38,108 nt of DNA from a virus (lineage: Duplodnaviria; Caudoviricetes): IMG/VR virus record IMGVR_UViG_3300038520_002504, positions 1 to 38,108 of that record; one strand, 5' to 3'. The notes under the pieces were generated by a model that did no database searches, was not told the DNA's origin, and was given only the letters and a program-made list of their open reading frames with translations. Below, piece after piece: positions 17,913-26,420 of this stretch. The position numbers were made by a program, and so were the translations under genes. How positions within the stretch are numbered: position 1 is the first letter of the stretch; every line of letters begins with the position of its first letter.

Positions 17913-19040
17913 ATGTGGATTGATAATGATTTTCCAAAACTTCTTGGTGCCGAACTGTATCGTCCCCACCCCGCATACATCATTGAGATGGCTGTGGAGC
18001 CCGTGGTCGTACATGACTTCAGTAAGCAACCCGGTCAAACTGTGCAGCTTGATCGTTATCGCTTCTGGGGCAAGCCTGGCACTAAGGAGTCCCGTGAGCG
18101 GACCGCAGATCAAACCCTCGGAACCGCCTCTGCACGCAATATTGTTAAAGACAAGGTCTTGGTGACCCTGCGCGAATACACCGGTCCCGCCGATACTCGT
18201 GACAGCGCCCAGCCTTCTACTTTCAAGGTTGCTCGCGAAACCCTGATCACTGCTCAGCGCCTGCTGCTTGACACCGGTAACCTCAACGTCTTCCACCAGT
18301 CCATCGGTTCTCTGACCCTGCTGGACGACTATCGCCGCTGGCGTGACCGCGTCTTCGCAAACGAACTGCTGAAGGCAGAAGCCAACGGTATTGCTGGCAA
18401 AGACCAAGGTGGTTATTACCTGCCTGGTGGCAAAGCCAAGGGCGTCAACTACGCAGCTGGTGAATCTGCCAAGTTTGACGTGACCACTGACCTTCTGGAA
18501 GTCGTTAAGGACATGCGTAAGCGCAACGTCCCGACTTTTGCCGATGGTTACTACCGCTGCATCGTGGATCCGACCGCGATGATGCATCTTCGTCAAAACT
18601 CTGACTTCCGCGAGATTGCTCGTTATCCCGGTAACGGCATGATCAACCCCATGCAGCCAAATGCTGCTCCCAACGCTTCCTTCTTCCAAGGCATGGGTCC
18701 TGGCTACGGCCAAGCCGGCTTTGTGGCTGGTCAGCCCGTGATGCCCACTGGCTTCCTTTTTGAAGGTGTCCGTTGGTTCGAGTCCACCAACCTCCCTGAA
18801 ACGACTTTCAACCTGACGATTACCGATGCCGGTTCAGGTGCCGCTGATTACGCCGCATCTCAACTGATCTTCTTCGGTCCTCAAGCTGTTGGCGTGGGTA
18901 TCGGTGGTAACAACGCTCAGATCCTGCTGAACAACAACGACGACTTCTCTCGTTTCATCATCATGATCTGGTCCCTGTTTGCCGGTTTTGAAGTACTGAA
19001 TAAGGACTTCATCACGGTTGGTTACTCTTTCGTATATTGA
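17913..19040 (+). CDS. Major capsid protein
   Basis: 375 aa, GGAG SD, strongly biased codons; HK97-fold-like elements PGQTVQLDRY, YYRCIVDP, FLFEGVRWFESTNLP, IFFGPQAVG. Confidence 0.85.
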   Translation: MWIDNDFPKLLGAELYRPHPAYIIEMAVEPVVVHDFSKQPGQTVQLDRYRFWGKPGTKESRERTADQTLGTASARNIVKDKVLVTLREYTGPADTRDSAQPSTFKVARETLITAQRLLLDTGNLNVFHQSIGSLTLLDDYRRWRDRVFANELLKAEANGIAGKDQGGYYLPGGKAKGVNYAAGESAKFDVTTDLLEVVKDMRKRNVPTFADGYYRCIVDPTAMMHLRQNSDFREIARYPGNGMINPMQPNAAPNASFFQGMGPGYGQAGFVAGQPVMPTGFLFEGVRWFESTNLPETTFNLTITDAGSGAADYAASQLIFFGPQAVGVGIGGNNAQILLNNNDDFSRFIIMIWSLFAGFEVLNKDFITVGYSFVY

Positions 19041-19055
19041 TAGGAGGAACTAACA

Positions 19056-19625
19056 ATGTCTGTAATTTTTCCCGGTAACTATGTAGCTCACCTGAACGCT
19101 TATCGCGAACAGGGTGTGCTGGCCGTCCCCGGTGTTGAGTACTATCAACTCCGTGGCATCGCTATCGTCACCGCAAACCAAACTGGCGGTGGCACCCTGG
19201 CTCTGGAGATCCTTTCTCCTGACCTCCGTGCTGACGACAAGCCTCGTCTGGATAAGCCTTTTAAGGTTCCCGCTGGCGCTACCGTCTATCGCACTGCTAT
19301 CAGCACTACCAACCTGAAAGCAACTGGCACTGACACCGTGTCTGTTGATGGTCTGACCACCACCACAAACACTGAAGCTTCTTTGGCTGCTGTGGCTGGT
19401 GTATTCCCTGAGGCTGGTGCTTCTACCACCTTCAGCAACGGTGCTGTGTCCATCGAGTCCAGCGAGGTCACCATCTCTGCTGCTTACTCTGGTGCTCTGA
19501 CGATCGTTGATCCTGCTGACTGTGCAGCCGTTATGGTTGAAGTCTGCTACTACGTCGACGCTCCTGGTCCTGACGTTGATGAGTATCACATTCCTTATAA
19601 GAGCGAATCCGGCTCTGGATATTGA
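19056..19625 (+). CDS. Putative capsid decoration/minor capsid protein
   Basis: Directly after MCP, AGGAGG SD, same codon bias, shares the downstream terminator. Confidence 0.6.
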   Translation: MSVIFPGNYVAHLNAYREQGVLAVPGVEYYQLRGIAIVTANQTGGGTLALEILSPDLRADDKPRLDKPFKVPAGATVYRTAISTTNLKATGTDTVSVDGLTTTTNTEASLAAVAGVFPEAGASTTFSNGAVSIESSEVTISAAYSGALTIVDPADCAAVMVEVCYYVDAPGPDVDEYHIPYKSESGSGY

Positions 19626-19643
19626 TCCATCATCAATAACATC

Positions 19644-19671
19644 AAAGGCGCTCCTTGTGGGGCGCTTTTTT
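19644..19671 (+). terminator. Rho-independent terminator
   Basis: gcgctcc-ttgt-ggggcgc followed by tttttt. Confidence 0.85.
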
Positions 19672-19707
19672 ATGTCTATAATAAATGTATGCTTACCCTA
19701 AATAATA

Positions 19708-20142
19708 ATGGATAGTAATCTATTTCAAGATAGTAAGACTGGCAAATTGGTTGAATTTATTGCCAAGCACGATAAAGAATATGCAATGGTGCGTGATGCT
19801 GGTGGAACCATTACATATGTGACTCTTGAGCAGCTTGTTCCTTATAGCCGTGAAAAAGGTCGACTAGCAAAGGTAGAAGCACCTCAAATTGCTCCTCCGC
19901 CAGAAGAGCCTCTGCCTAATCCTGTAGTACCAATTGAAGATACTCGTCTAAATTTGAACACTGCTCCTGCCGAACAAATTGCAAAACGACTGCCTGGTGT
20001 TGGCTATGCAACTGCTAAGCGTATTGTTGAATTGCGAATGTCCTTGAGCGGAGAACGTTTTTCAAATCTCAAGCAACTAGAAAACATTCCTCGTGTTAAT
20101 TGGGAACAACTGATTGAAGAAGACCTTATCTTCATTAGTTAA
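19708..20142 (+). CDS. ComEA-like helix-hairpin-helix DNA-binding protein
   Basis: RLNLNTAPAEQIAKRLPGVGYATAKRIVELR...FSNLKQLENIP. Confidence 0.85.
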   Translation: MDSNLFQDSKTGKLVEFIAKHDKEYAMVRDAGGTITYVTLEQLVPYSREKGRLAKVEAPQIAPPPEEPLPNPVVPIEDTRLNLNTAPAEQIAKRLPGVGYATAKRIVELRMSLSGERFSNLKQLENIPRVNWEQLIEEDLIFIS

Positions 20143-20168
20143 AATAAAAATACAAAGGCAGAAGACAA

Positions 20169-20579
20169 ATGGATCCTCGTCTAGAACAAATTTTGTTGGC
20201 ACAAGCTGCCAATGAGGCAGAACAGGGTCCTCGCCTAAGTGATTCGACTGCTGCTGCCGCCGCCCTGGGTGGTGGTCTAGGTGTCCTTGGCGGTTCATTG
20301 GCACAGCCACTTGGAAAGGCTATTGGCAAAATGCGAGGGACAAATCATATTTTGAAACCTGGCATTCGTATGGCTGGTGGTCTTGTAGGGGCAATCCTCG
20401 GTGGTGGCTTAGGAGCAGCAGCTCAACAATCTGCAATGCAGGAATCTGGACGAACAGGAGCACTTTTGGCTGAACTGCAAGCACAAGAGGCTGCAGGCAA
20501 AGAAATGACACCCGATCAACAGTATGAATTGCAGCAGATTTTGAAAGCAGCATATACACGTGATGGGATTCTTGGCTGA
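20169..20579 (+). CDS. Glycine-zipper hypothetical protein
   Basis: AAAAALGGGLGVLGG and MAGGLVGAILGGGLGAAA. Confidence 0.65.
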   Translation: MDPRLEQILLAQAANEAEQGPRLSDSTAAAAALGGGLGVLGGSLAQPLGKAIGKMRGTNHILKPGIRMAGGLVGAILGGGLGAAAQQSAMQESGRTGALLAELQAQEAAGKEMTPDQQYELQQILKAAYTRDGILG

Positions 20580-21058
20580 TGGAACTAAACGAACTACTAA
20601 AGTCAAAAACTAGATTCCATCTAGGATTTAATTCTGGTTCACAAATCCCTGCTGGTGATCGTGCTCGTCTAGAAGAAGCGATGGCGCTTATCCCAGATGA
20701 GTATTTCTACAATCAAATTGTTGATCACATCCGCCGCTGTGACGTTGCATATGAAGCCAGTGAATACTATGACACTGCTAATGGTCAGGTAAACGCAAGC
20801 CGGATCGAACAGATTGCTGGTGATGTTCAGCGAACAATTCGCACGACTGATCCACTAAAAGGCGATTCATATGCACGTGAGATCTACCTACGTGAAGTTG
20901 ACCGTCTTGCTGAAACTCTATATGTTCCTAATTATCGGCGTCCTGACGTCCGTCGTTATGCATTTGAGCGCTCAGGATCTGAATTTGTCATGGCTATTCC
21001 TGGTCCTGCAGACACAGCAGTGGGTTCACGCATTTGGTTAAACCAAAACTATCGATAG
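20579..21058 (+). CDS. Hypothetical protein, possible head-tail adaptor
   Basis: 159 aa helical protein downstream of the capsid genes, with an N-terminal KTRFHLGFN; function by position only. Confidence 0.45.
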   Translation: MELNELLKSKTRFHLGFNSGSQIPAGDRARLEEAMALIPDEYFYNQIVDHIRRCDVAYEASEYYDTANGQVNASRIEQIAGDVQRTIRTTDPLKGDSYAREIYLREVDRLAETLYVPNYRRPDVRRYAFERSGSEFVMAIPGPADTAVGSRIWLNQNYR

Positions 21059-21093
21059 TATTAGAATATATCTAGGAAATACTTTGTGAACCC

Positions 21094-21528
21094 ATGCATC
21101 ACGGAACTCAAAAAATAACAATGGGTCGCGGAAAAGACACGGATTATCAATCCAAGAAGGCCGCTGCACTTGCTCAAGCCGGGCACAACGATTTTATCTT
21201 TGGTATCCAGTCTGTTTACGAAAATGGATCTGGCGAAGCTTCAAAAGCATCTCGCCATCCTAAGTACGGCAACAGTAACTTGATGGCGGGAGACCAGATT
21301 GATGGAGCTACTGGTATTTTTAAACCACGGTTTGATGCTGCAGGCAATCAAATTATTGGCGATCCACTGAACACCACAGGTTTTGCTGATGGTGGAACAT
21401 CCGCGACAATACAACCACAAGTTGATCCTGAAATTTCAGGTGGTCTAGCTGCTGAGCGTTTGGCAATGCTTGCTCAAGGCATGCAGTATCCCGGATTGAA
21501 CAATCGTCAACAAATTTACGGAGCTTGA
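21094..21528 (+). CDS. Hypothetical protein
   Basis: 144 aa ORF; TAGAAT at 21062-21067. Confidence 0.6.
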   Translation: MHHGTQKITMGRGKDTDYQSKKAAALAQAGHNDFIFGIQSVYENGSGEASKASRHPKYGNSNLMAGDQIDGATGIFKPRFDAAGNQIIGDPLNTTGFADGGTSATIQPQVDPEISGGLAAERLAMLAQGMQYPGLNNRQQIYGA

Positions 21529-21529
21529 T

Positions 21530-22195
21530 ATGTCTAAAGAAAAGCTAAATCGTCGTAAAGCAATGGGCGATGACCCATTTGCAATGAGTGTGTCGGATGC
21601 AACTTTTGCTGGATCTCCTCAGCCCCTCCCTAATGCTCCTCAAGGAGCCGGCAACATGATGAACAACCCAATGGTTGGTCAATCAATGGGCGGTGGCGCA
21701 GCTCAGCCTGGAAGCCTTGAAGGCGGTGCACAGTCTCCCTACGGTGATCCTGTGTTTGCTCCTGATGTTTTCTCAAAGGTTGGTACTCCTGGATATGCAC
21801 CTAACTCTGATCGCAACCAAAACATTGTTGAAGGTCGTGGTCTAAATGCTGCCTACGGTTCGATTCAACAACCTCTTCGTGAATCGCAAGACATGATGGA
21901 GCCAATGCACTTGGCTCAGCAAGCAGCTGAACGTGGCGAAAAACTTTATGGATCAGGTGAGCAACTCCCTTATCAAGTCGGTCCCCTTGGACCGATGGGT
22001 TATGACATGGATATGGCACAGGAGGGTGGAGTCTTTAATCCTGGTGCAGTTCCTTCTACAATGTCAGGTAATTCAGAAGGCGGACTTACGCTTCAGGGAG
22101 TACCTGATGCACAAGCAGCAGCTCAAGTCATGTCTCCAGACGATGGCTCAATGATTCCTGGATCTACTAAAACTACAATTCGTAAAGGTAACTAA
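21530..22195 (+). CDS. Low-complexity Gly/Pro/Met-rich hypothetical protein
   Basis: 221 aa ORF tightly packed between neighbours. Confidence 0.6.
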   Translation: MSKEKLNRRKAMGDDPFAMSVSDATFAGSPQPLPNAPQGAGNMMNNPMVGQSMGGGAAQPGSLEGGAQSPYGDPVFAPDVFSKVGTPGYAPNSDRNQNIVEGRGLNAAYGSIQQPLRESQDMMEPMHLAQQAAERGEKLYGSGEQLPYQVGPLGPMGYDMDMAQEGGVFNPGAVPSTMSGNSEGGLTLQGVPDAQAAAQVMSPDDGSMIPGSTKTTIRKGN

Positions 22196-22197
22196 TA

Positions 22198-22680
22198 ATG
22201 GCCACTACAGCTACTAATAAACAACCCCTGCTGGTTGATCGTCCGTTTCATTCAGTTGTTGAATCAAACAGTTTGACCTCGGGATCTGCTACAAGCCTCG
22301 ACATTCTTGGAACTAACGAATCATCTGTTCTTGTTGACTGCACATCTAATGATGGCGCAATTGTGGAAGATCTGTACGTAATTGCGCGTAGCACTGTGTC
22401 ATACAAAGCTGTGTTCTATCTCAGCACAGCAGTGGATTATCTTCGGCCAAATGACGCGACATACATTCAGCAAATTGATAGCGCCACTACCGCGGGACAA
22501 ATCACTTCGTGCACTTCACTGCCGAAAGTTTTAGCTCCGTTGCCGGGTACTGGCAGTGATTCACAAGTGCGTGCACTTTATATTCCAAAAGGCTCTGTTC
22601 TTTGGTGTTCGTTGCAGCTTGCTGGTCCTGCTAACAGTGCTGGCACTCCTGTAATTGCAGCTCAAGGCGGATTCTATTGA
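22198..22680 (+). CDS. Hypothetical beta-rich protein, probably structural
   Basis: 160 aa, Ser/Thr-rich, ends GGFY; TACAAT at 22174-22179. Confidence 0.6.
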   Translation: MATTATNKQPLLVDRPFHSVVESNSLTSGSATSLDILGTNESSVLVDCTSNDGAIVEDLYVIARSTVSYKAVFYLSTAVDYLRPNDATYIQQIDSATTAGQITSCTSLPKVLAPLPGTGSDSQVRALYIPKGSVLWCSLQLAGPANSAGTPVIAAQGGFY

Positions 22681-24455
22681 TGCCTAGAAAGCAAAATGGC
22701 TTTGGTAGTAAATCATTTGGTAGATCGAAGTCATTTGCTGTAACCGGAGTCAACAATCGAACAGATAAAGCAAAAGGGCCAGGGGCTGCAGGCAATTATC
22801 CAAGCGATCGTCGCTATGGATCGACAGTAACTCGAAGTGCAATCGAGCAATTCGATATGGATAGTACTTGGGCCAGATGGCGCAAGGGTATGGAGTACTA
22901 CTATCAAGCGGCATATTTACCCTATGACGCGGCTGATGCTGTTCTGTATCAAGGTACTCCTGCTGAAACACCAGTAACATTTACTGGGTATAGGTTTGCA
23001 ACAAAAAATTCTGATAGTAGAACTCACTATACAATTAAACGTTCAGCATCTACCCAGCATTCTGTAGGTGTAATTACAAGCATAGAAGCAGATCAATACA
23101 ATTTTCCTGAAGGATATTTGAATAGAGAAGTTGTCGTTCAAGTTCAAGGCAATGCTAATAGTGATGCAAGTTTATTGCGCTCACTTGGCGAACGAGTGAC
23201 TGATGGAAATGCCTCTGCAAATATTGAGCAAGTACTAACTTCAAATCGACGACCTGCTGTATATAAAGGCAAAAGCTCAAAAGATGGGCTACAGATCGTA
23301 GCAACTATGCCATTGAGTGACATCATGGCAACAAACTTCATACAAGAGAACAACAATGATATTCAAGCATTGGTCGGCCAGATTGTTTATACCCCTGAGT
23401 TTTACAACGTCACTGCTGTTACCTCACTGACTGAATTCAAAGATTTTGATACATACTTTGAAGTCATTGAAAATGATTCACGCACTGGAGAAGAACTTCA
23501 GATTCTAAAAAATACAACTAACTTGCCACCAACACTTGGTGATATAGCCAGCCTAGAAGTAATTTTCAACACAACAAATACAACAAGTACTTTGCAAGGA
23601 TCATTCTTTTTTAGGAAGTCTGACTATCAAAAGTATTTTGGCAATAAATATCTAACTGGAGATGTAGTTGCAAGTGAAGTAGGAACTTCATCTTATGCAA
23701 TTATGCCCTGGACAATTCAGTCGGTCATGGCACGTCCAGCAACCAATGAATTAGAAATTACATCAACAGTATTTAAAAGTACGCTGACACTTTATACTCC
23801 ATATGAACAAAATAGATTTATCGTATTTCCCGCCAATAGTTTTACGTATCAAGATGTAGACATCGATGAAGATGGCAACTATTTTCATCAACCACTAATT
23901 CCAGGAGAAAGTGCTTGGCAAAAAATCAATCTGAGTATTGACCCATTTCTCGATCAAATATTTTTGACAGGAAGAACTCTCTCATATGCAGATCTGTACT
24001 CATGTAGTTGCCCTGCTCATATCAGAGGCAAACTACGTCAGCCAGAAACTTTTGATAGCGATACAGGTAGAATCAATAGGCAATCTAGGTATCCAGCACC
24101 TAGTGCAAAAAGTCCTAGTTCATTTGATATTGAAGGTGTTGCACAGGCCACAGGTATTATTGAAAGCTGGGCATCTGAGCTATACAAAAAAGGATTCAAA
24201 GTATGCAAGCATTCAATTGCCGCAATGTTTATCAATAAAATACGGGTTGAAGAACCAAATACATTTCCTAGTTTTGAATCACGTTTAAAGTTTGAAGAGA
24301 AGCTTGCAAAAGAAATTCAAGAGGTAGGTGATGAATTCCTTGAGCAAATGAAGCGATCTGAAATTACAACGATTGAAGTGGTCGCTGCTCTTGCAGAAGC
24401 ACTTAACTTAGATGACGTTGAGCTTGGATATGTGTTTTTGACCAGTCAGTTCTAA
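22677..24455 (+). CDS. Large hypothetical protein with SWIM-type zinc finger
   Basis: YSCSCPAH...KVCKHSIA (CxC...CxH) near the C-terminus. Confidence 0.65.
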   Translation: MMPRKQNGFGSKSFGRSKSFAVTGVNNRTDKAKGPGAAGNYPSDRRYGSTVTRSAIEQFDMDSTWARWRKGMEYYYQAAYLPYDAADAVLYQGTPAETPVTFTGYRFATKNSDSRTHYTIKRSASTQHSVGVITSIEADQYNFPEGYLNREVVVQVQGNANSDASLLRSLGERVTDGNASANIEQVLTSNRRPAVYKGKSSKDGLQIVATMPLSDIMATNFIQENNNDIQALVGQIVYTPEFYNVTAVTSLTEFKDFDTYFEVIENDSRTGEELQILKNTTNLPPTLGDIASLEVIFNTTNTTSTLQGSFFFRKSDYQKYFGNKYLTGDVVASEVGTSSYAIMPWTIQSVMARPATNELEITSTVFKSTLTLYTPYEQNRFIVFPANSFTYQDVDIDEDGNYFHQPLIPGESAWQKINLSIDPFLDQIFLTGRTLSYADLYSCSCPAHIRGKLRQPETFDSDTGRINRQSRYPAPSAKSPSSFDIEGVAQATGIIESWASELYKKGFKVCKHSIAAMFINKIRVEEPNTFPSFESRLKFEEKLAKEIQEVGDEFLEQMKRSEITTIEVVAALAEALNLDDVELGYVFLTSQF

Positions 24456-24799
24456 GCAGCAAAAAAGACTCGTTGAGGCGGACTGGGCTTTACTTCAAAA
24501 GCATCCCACCCATCAGGCAAATCACCCAAGTAATTAATGTGCCATCCTGGCAATTTTGTGGGTGGGCTAATTTCAATCGTGTTTCCGTCTCCATCTTCTT
24601 CATAGACACCATCATCGTTGTAAAGCTCGCCAACTACATCGATAGCACGATCTGATGTATAAGCTTGAAGCTCCTCAATTTCAGTCTCAGGATCAGTGAC
24701 ATAAAAGCCAGCAGCCTTTGCGGCGGTGACCCAGGCAGCCTCGTCAGTAAAACGGAAGTATGGTCCAGGTACTGGAGTTTCAATAATTTCGTCTGACAT
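24452..24799 (-). CDS. Small acidic protein accompanying the upstream fibre/spike gene
   Basis: 115 aa; YFRFTDEAAW...AIDVVGELY...GWHINY...PQRVF; starts 2 nt after the stop of 24802..26340. Confidence 0.65.
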   Translation of the reverse strand: MSDEIIETPVPGPYFRFTDEAAWVTAAKAAGFYVTDPETEIEELQAYTSDRAIDVVGELYNDDGVYEEDGDGNTIEISPPTKLPGWHINYLGDLPDGWDAFEVKPSPPQRVFFAA

Positions 24800-24801
24800 G
24801 A

Positions 24802-26340
24802 TTAGGAAGTGATTGATTTTAGTTTTTCGTCAGGTAGACGAGTCGGAAAATAGACTAAGCGTTTTATGTGTCCGCTATAAACAGAAGAGTTAGCAAAGGT
24901 GGCACCAACAGTAAGTTGGTTTATTGTAGGAATCGATCCGGTCGAATCAGTCAACACACTTGAACCAGCTGAAGATATAGCAAAGTCATTTGATGCGTAT
25001 GCGTAAGCTGTTTTTGCAAACACTCCTGATGCTGGAATTGCAACTTCTAATGCAGATTGATCGTTTGAAAGTCTAGTTCTACCTCTGAGAGTTATTGGGT
25101 TAGAAGTTGTCAGATAGAACAAGCTATGCCTGTTGTTTAAAGTCCCATCGCTATAGTCCAATACAAATTGGAAGTCATCTAAACCTGTGTAAGAATTGTC
25201 TGCAAAAATAGTACCTGCACTTTGGTTGTAAAAACTGCTGAAGTTAGTGCCAGTAATCTCAGCAACATCAGCCGCACGGGTCACAGTGGAGCTGTCTGTA
25301 GGAATATAAGAAGTTGCAAAGCTACCCTCCTCTACCTGTGCACCCCAAAAATAAACGTCAGTTGCAAAGCTGTCGTTAGCGTTATTTAAGTAAACGGATG
25401 TACCAAATGCTGTGTTAGTAAATGTAAAGCGTTGCCATTCACCTGTTGCTGTAAATATAGGACTCGTGAAACCAAGTTCAAAAGTGAACTGATCATTAGT
25501 GCCAGGTGTTACAGCTTTAGCGTAAATAGAAATGGTGTAAGTAACACCAGGAGTTGTAACATTTTGTCGAAGCCAAGATGATCCGACGCTGCCGTGTTGA
25601 ACACGATCAGCAGTAGTCGTGCCATCAGGCGCTACAGCTTGGTTTGCTGTAACACTGCTATTGCTACCGCGAAACCATGCATCCAGCTTTTCACTTTTGA
25701 GAAGGATATTAGTTCTAGCCTCTTCAATCAGCAGCCCAAGGCTTTCACCAGTTGCAGGGTCATGATCAAAGCGAGCTTCATTTGTCGATGCAGTTTTAAT
25801 CAGACCATCCGCACCAACAAAAGTTCCACTACTGGCACGAGTAAAACTTACAAGATTATTGCCGCTAATACTATCGACCAAAGATTTGTTTACTGCAAAA
25901 TTCAAATCAAGGGCGGCGCTCAAGAAAATATCAAATATTGCACCATTTCCATATGAGTTTTTTCTTAGCTCTCTTGTAGAGTAATCGTAATAGTAATCAT
26001 CGTAATTAATAGGATTATGAAATTCAGTTTTAGGGACAACTAAGATTCTTTCAATATTTCCATCTCCAGGTTTGTCATATCCAACGTCAAAAGTGACGGC
26101 ACTCGTGCCATCAAAAGTCATCTTAAGTTGGACGTCCTGAGCACAACTTACGACAATGTAGAAATCTAAAAGTTCAACAATTGCACAAGCTTCGTAAGTG
26201 ACAACGTTATAATTCTGCCTCCACCATCTCTTTACTTTTGTACTATTTGTGGCAAAAGGTGTGGGCTTGACAATTGTAAAATCTGTATTACCGTCATAAA
26301 TAATCAAGTCACCATATCCTTCGAGTATGGCTGTAGACAT
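24802..26340 (-). CDS. Virion fibre/spike protein with carbohydrate-binding (ConA/LamG-like) domains
   Basis: LDLNFA...FTRASSGTFVGADG...RFDHDPATGESLGLLIEEARTN...WGAQVEEGSFATSYIPT...TRAAD is typical of phage head-fibre/structural proteins. Confidence 0.75.
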   Translation of the reverse strand: MSTAILEGYGDLIIYDGNTDFTIVKPTPFATNSTKVKRWWRQNYNVVTYEACAIVELLDFYIVVSCAQDVQLKMTFDGTSAVTFDVGYDKPGDGNIERILVVPKTEFHNPINYDDYYYDYSTRELRKNSYGNGAIFDIFLSAALDLNFAVNKSLVDSISGNNLVSFTRASSGTFVGADGLIKTASTNEARFDHDPATGESLGLLIEEARTNILLKSEKLDAWFRGSNSSVTANQAVAPDGTTTADRVQHGSVGSSWLRQNVTTPGVTYTISIYAKAVTPGTNDQFTFELGFTSPIFTATGEWQRFTFTNTAFGTSVYLNNANDSFATDVYFWGAQVEEGSFATSYIPTDSSTVTRAADVAEITGTNFSSFYNQSAGTIFADNSYTGLDDFQFVLDYSDGTLNNRHSLFYLTTSNPITLRGRTRLSNDQSALEVAIPASGVFAKTAYAYASNDFAISSAGSSVLTDSTGSIPTINQLTVGATFANSSVYSGHIKRLVYFPTRLPDEKLKSITS

Positions 26341-26420
26341 ATCCGCCTAAAGTACAATTCAATATTTAAAGTTTAACAATAAAGACTGCTTCACTACAAT
26401 AGAAATAGTAGTGTTAATAG

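Noticed and set aside
17880-18713. 277-aa antisense ORF over MCP (also 19050..19589 and 13632..14129)
   Set aside because: Shadow ORFs expected from the strong codon bias of highly expressed sense genes; no motifs or upstream signals
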